This document shows, one piece after another, positions 62,158 to 64,000 of a stretch of 64,000 bases of DNA. Both the position numbers and the translations under genes were made by a program. The stretch is taken from IMG/VR virus record IMGVR_UViG_2770939586_000001; one strand, written 5' to 3'. The DNA comes from a virus. Taxonomy: Duplodnaviria; Caudoviricetes. The notes beneath the pieces are model-generated. The model saw only the letters and a program-made list of their open reading frames with translations. It ran no database searches and was not told where the DNA came from. Position 1 is the stretch's first letter. Each line of letters opens with the position of its first letter.

Positions 62158-63711
62158 ATGAAAAATATTCCGGTTGCTATCTATGCACGTGTCTCAACAG
62201 GAAAAGTTGAGCAAAGTGAATCGACAGAGCATCAGATTAGTCAGTTGACGGCTCATTTGAAAAGTATGGGAGAAGAGTATTACACAGAGCCTGCATTACA
62301 TTATGTAGATGAAGCGCTTAGTGGATATTATACAAAAATGGAAGAACGCCCCGCCTTTAAACGAATGATGGAAGATGCGAAAGAGGGGAAGTTTAAAGTG
62401 CTTTTACTGCGGGAGATATCTCGGGTAGGGCGCGACGACGAAGAGAATTTACGATTTGTGAATCGTTTTGCATCGTTAAGTATTCGAATTAAATCATTGC
62501 ATGACGGTTTCGATTCCAGCGTACCTGGATCTGAACTTGGATTTAAAGTTAAAAATATGATTGCGCAGATTGAATCAGAGCGTATTAGCGCTCGTGTAAG
62601 TGCGGGAATGCGTGAAAAGTCAAAAAAAGGTGTTTGGGTAAGTTCTATGGTCCCTATTGGATATGTACGGGATAAGGAGACTAAGAAGCTAATTATAGAT
62701 GAAGCGTATGCGCCAATTATACGAGATATTTTTCATTGGTATGTAATTGAAAAGCGCGGTACGCCAACCATTTGTGAGTTGCTTAACCAGCGGGGAGATC
62801 GAACCAAGAATGGGAAGCTTTTTGTTCGTTCTCATATTCGGCAAATCATTCAAAATCCTGTCTATATTGGGTGCGTTGTGTACGGTAGCAAACGTGCAAA
62901 GTTAAATCGTGAGTATGATGAAAAGGGGAACCTTATCCGTAAAAACCAAAAATTTGTCAAAACGAATGATCCAATTGTTGTAGAAGATGCACATTCATCT
63001 ATCATTGATAAAAGTATTTTTTATAAGGCACAAGAAATTATGAAAACGCGAGGTAGTATCATTGACCGAACTACGCCACGACGAGCTACATATCCTCTTA
63101 TTGGAATCGTGAAATGCGGAAAATGTGGAATAGGGATGGTAACGTCAAAAGCACTTAAATCAAAAAAAAGTGATGTGTACCTGCGTTATTACCGATGCGG
63201 TAATTACCACAAAGGGGGAAAGGCAGCCTGTACAGGTGTTGCTATTCGTGCTGATAAATTAGAGAATGAGCTTTTTACTCGGTTATTCCATCATCTGTCT
63301 GCCCTTGATATGCAACATATGAAATCGCAAGGTAAGGCAGAAATAAGAACTCTGGAATCCAAAGTAAAGAGAATGGAGACGGATAAAAAGAAACTGGAAA
63401 AAAAGCAGACCGATATAGCGCTACGTGCTGATTTATTTGCTGGGGAAGTATTCGAAAATACAATGTTGGCCCTTAAAAGGCAAATCGAAAATTTAGACCA
63501 ACGAATACTTGCTGTTCGTGGTCAACTAAATGAAATGTGCAGCAAGGGCGAAAACACATTGTTATTATCTCAGTTGTTGGAACGTATGAAGCAAGCAAGT
63601 TTAGATGACTTGCAGGCGCTTCGAGCCATTTTTGATGAGTTGATCGAAAAAGTCGTTGTAGCAGACTCGCAAACCATCGCATTAGTGAACTATAAGTATA
63701 GATTTGAATAA
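62158..63711 (+). CDS. Large serine recombinase
   Basis: YARVST, ISRVGR, ESERISAR, recombinase domain NPVYIG, zinc ribbon CGKCG...YYRC...C, coiled coil. Confidence 0.94.
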   Translation: MKNIPVAIYARVSTGKVEQSESTEHQISQLTAHLKSMGEEYYTEPALHYVDEALSGYYTKMEERPAFKRMMEDAKEGKFKVLLLREISRVGRDDEENLRFVNRFASLSIRIKSLHDGFDSSVPGSELGFKVKNMIAQIESERISARVSAGMREKSKKGVWVSSMVPIGYVRDKETKKLIIDEAYAPIIRDIFHWYVIEKRGTPTICELLNQRGDRTKNGKLFVRSHIRQIIQNPVYIGCVVYGSKRAKLNREYDEKGNLIRKNQKFVKTNDPIVVEDAHSSIIDKSIFYKAQEIMKTRGSIIDRTTPRRATYPLIGIVKCGKCGIGMVTSKALKSKKSDVYLRYYRCGNYHKGGKAACTGVAIRADKLENELFTRLFHHLSALDMQHMKSQGKAEIRTLESKVKRMETDKKKLEKKQTDIALRADLFAGEVFENTMLALKRQIENLDQRILAVRGQLNEMCSKGENTLLLSQLLERMKQASLDDLQALRAIFDELIEKVVVADSQTIALVNYKYRFE

Positions 63712-64000
63712 AAAATTTTTCAGTTATGCACATAAGGGAAAAACATTGCTTCTTACCGGCTATGTCAAAGAAATGAACAAAGCGCAGTTGATGATGACGG
63801 TATTCGTGCCTACCGTGCGGGACTCAGCAGCAGCTGCCGCCGTACGCAGCGGTCATTTCCGTGTTCCGCTGGATGTCGCAGAATGCATAAGCGATATGCA
63901 GTTGAAACGGGAAGATTTTGATACGCTTGTCGATATGGCACTCGATAGTAAGGATCGGAACTGGTTTGAAGAGCTGGCAGATAGACGGAAACAGGTGTAG
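63704..64000 (+). CDS. IDEAL-domain protein
   Basis: LVDMALDSKDRNWFEEL, paralogous to 60306-60632. Confidence 0.65.
   Translation: MNKKFFSYAHKGKTLLLTGYVKEMNKAQLMMTVFVPTVRDSAAAAAVRSGHFRVPLDVAECISDMQLKREDFDTLVDMALDSKDRNWFEELADRRKQV

Larger units (their letters stand above)
1..64000. mobile_element. Internal segment of a large temperate phage/prophage of a spore-forming Bacillota
   Basis: Tail, fibre, replication, lysis, antirepressor and integrase-like genes span the window; no housekeeping operon or att junction is visible. Confidence 0.93.

Noticed and set aside
1-64000. tRNA, rRNA, IS elements, arbitrium genes
   Set aside because: No cloverleaf or rRNA-like sequence, transposase, or TPR receptor-peptide pair was recognised by eye; tRNAscan-SE and Infernal would be needed to exclude them.

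Overview
64-kb internal segment of a large temperate phage/prophage of an aerobic spore-forming Bacillota, probably Paenibacillaceae such as Aneurinibacillus or Brevibacillus. The host is inferred from the SASP, SpoVS, YyaC and Hfq homologs and was not verified by search. Layout: tail/baseplate/fibre genes (1-19.6 kb); an AT-rich island with a Xer-type recombinase (19.7-22.3 kb); a recombination/replication operon (22.4-35.8 kb); an ArpU-type promoter driving a second fibre/lectin cassette (35.8-39.7 kb); GNAT and TIR morons plus an HTH switch (39.9-43.5 kb); four sigma factors and accessory genes (43.8-54.9 kb); a displaced lysis cassette (54.9-56.5 kb); Spo0E, SASP, AbrB-like, C5-MTase and Hfq genes (56.5-60.7 kb); an antirepressor and a large serine recombinase (60.8-64 kb). 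No head genes, att junctions, tRNA, rRNA or CRISPR were seen. Main observations: (1) nine copies of a bipartite motif (C/T)T(G/A)AAA-N16-CGTATAGAGTA with invariant spacing, heading the early/middle operons, which looks like a private ECF-type regulon; (2) a broad phage sporulation-regulator toolkit, including Spo0E and AbrB-like genes missed by the ORF track; (3) a frameshift-split repeat protein whose units resemble anti-defence sponge folds; (4) an out-of-frame gene nested inside the C5 methyltransferase; (5) an in-frame UGA at a CxxC position followed by a hairpin. All product calls come from motif recognition by eye; no database searches were run. Several start codons were moved downstream of the ORF track to fit the ribosome-binding site.
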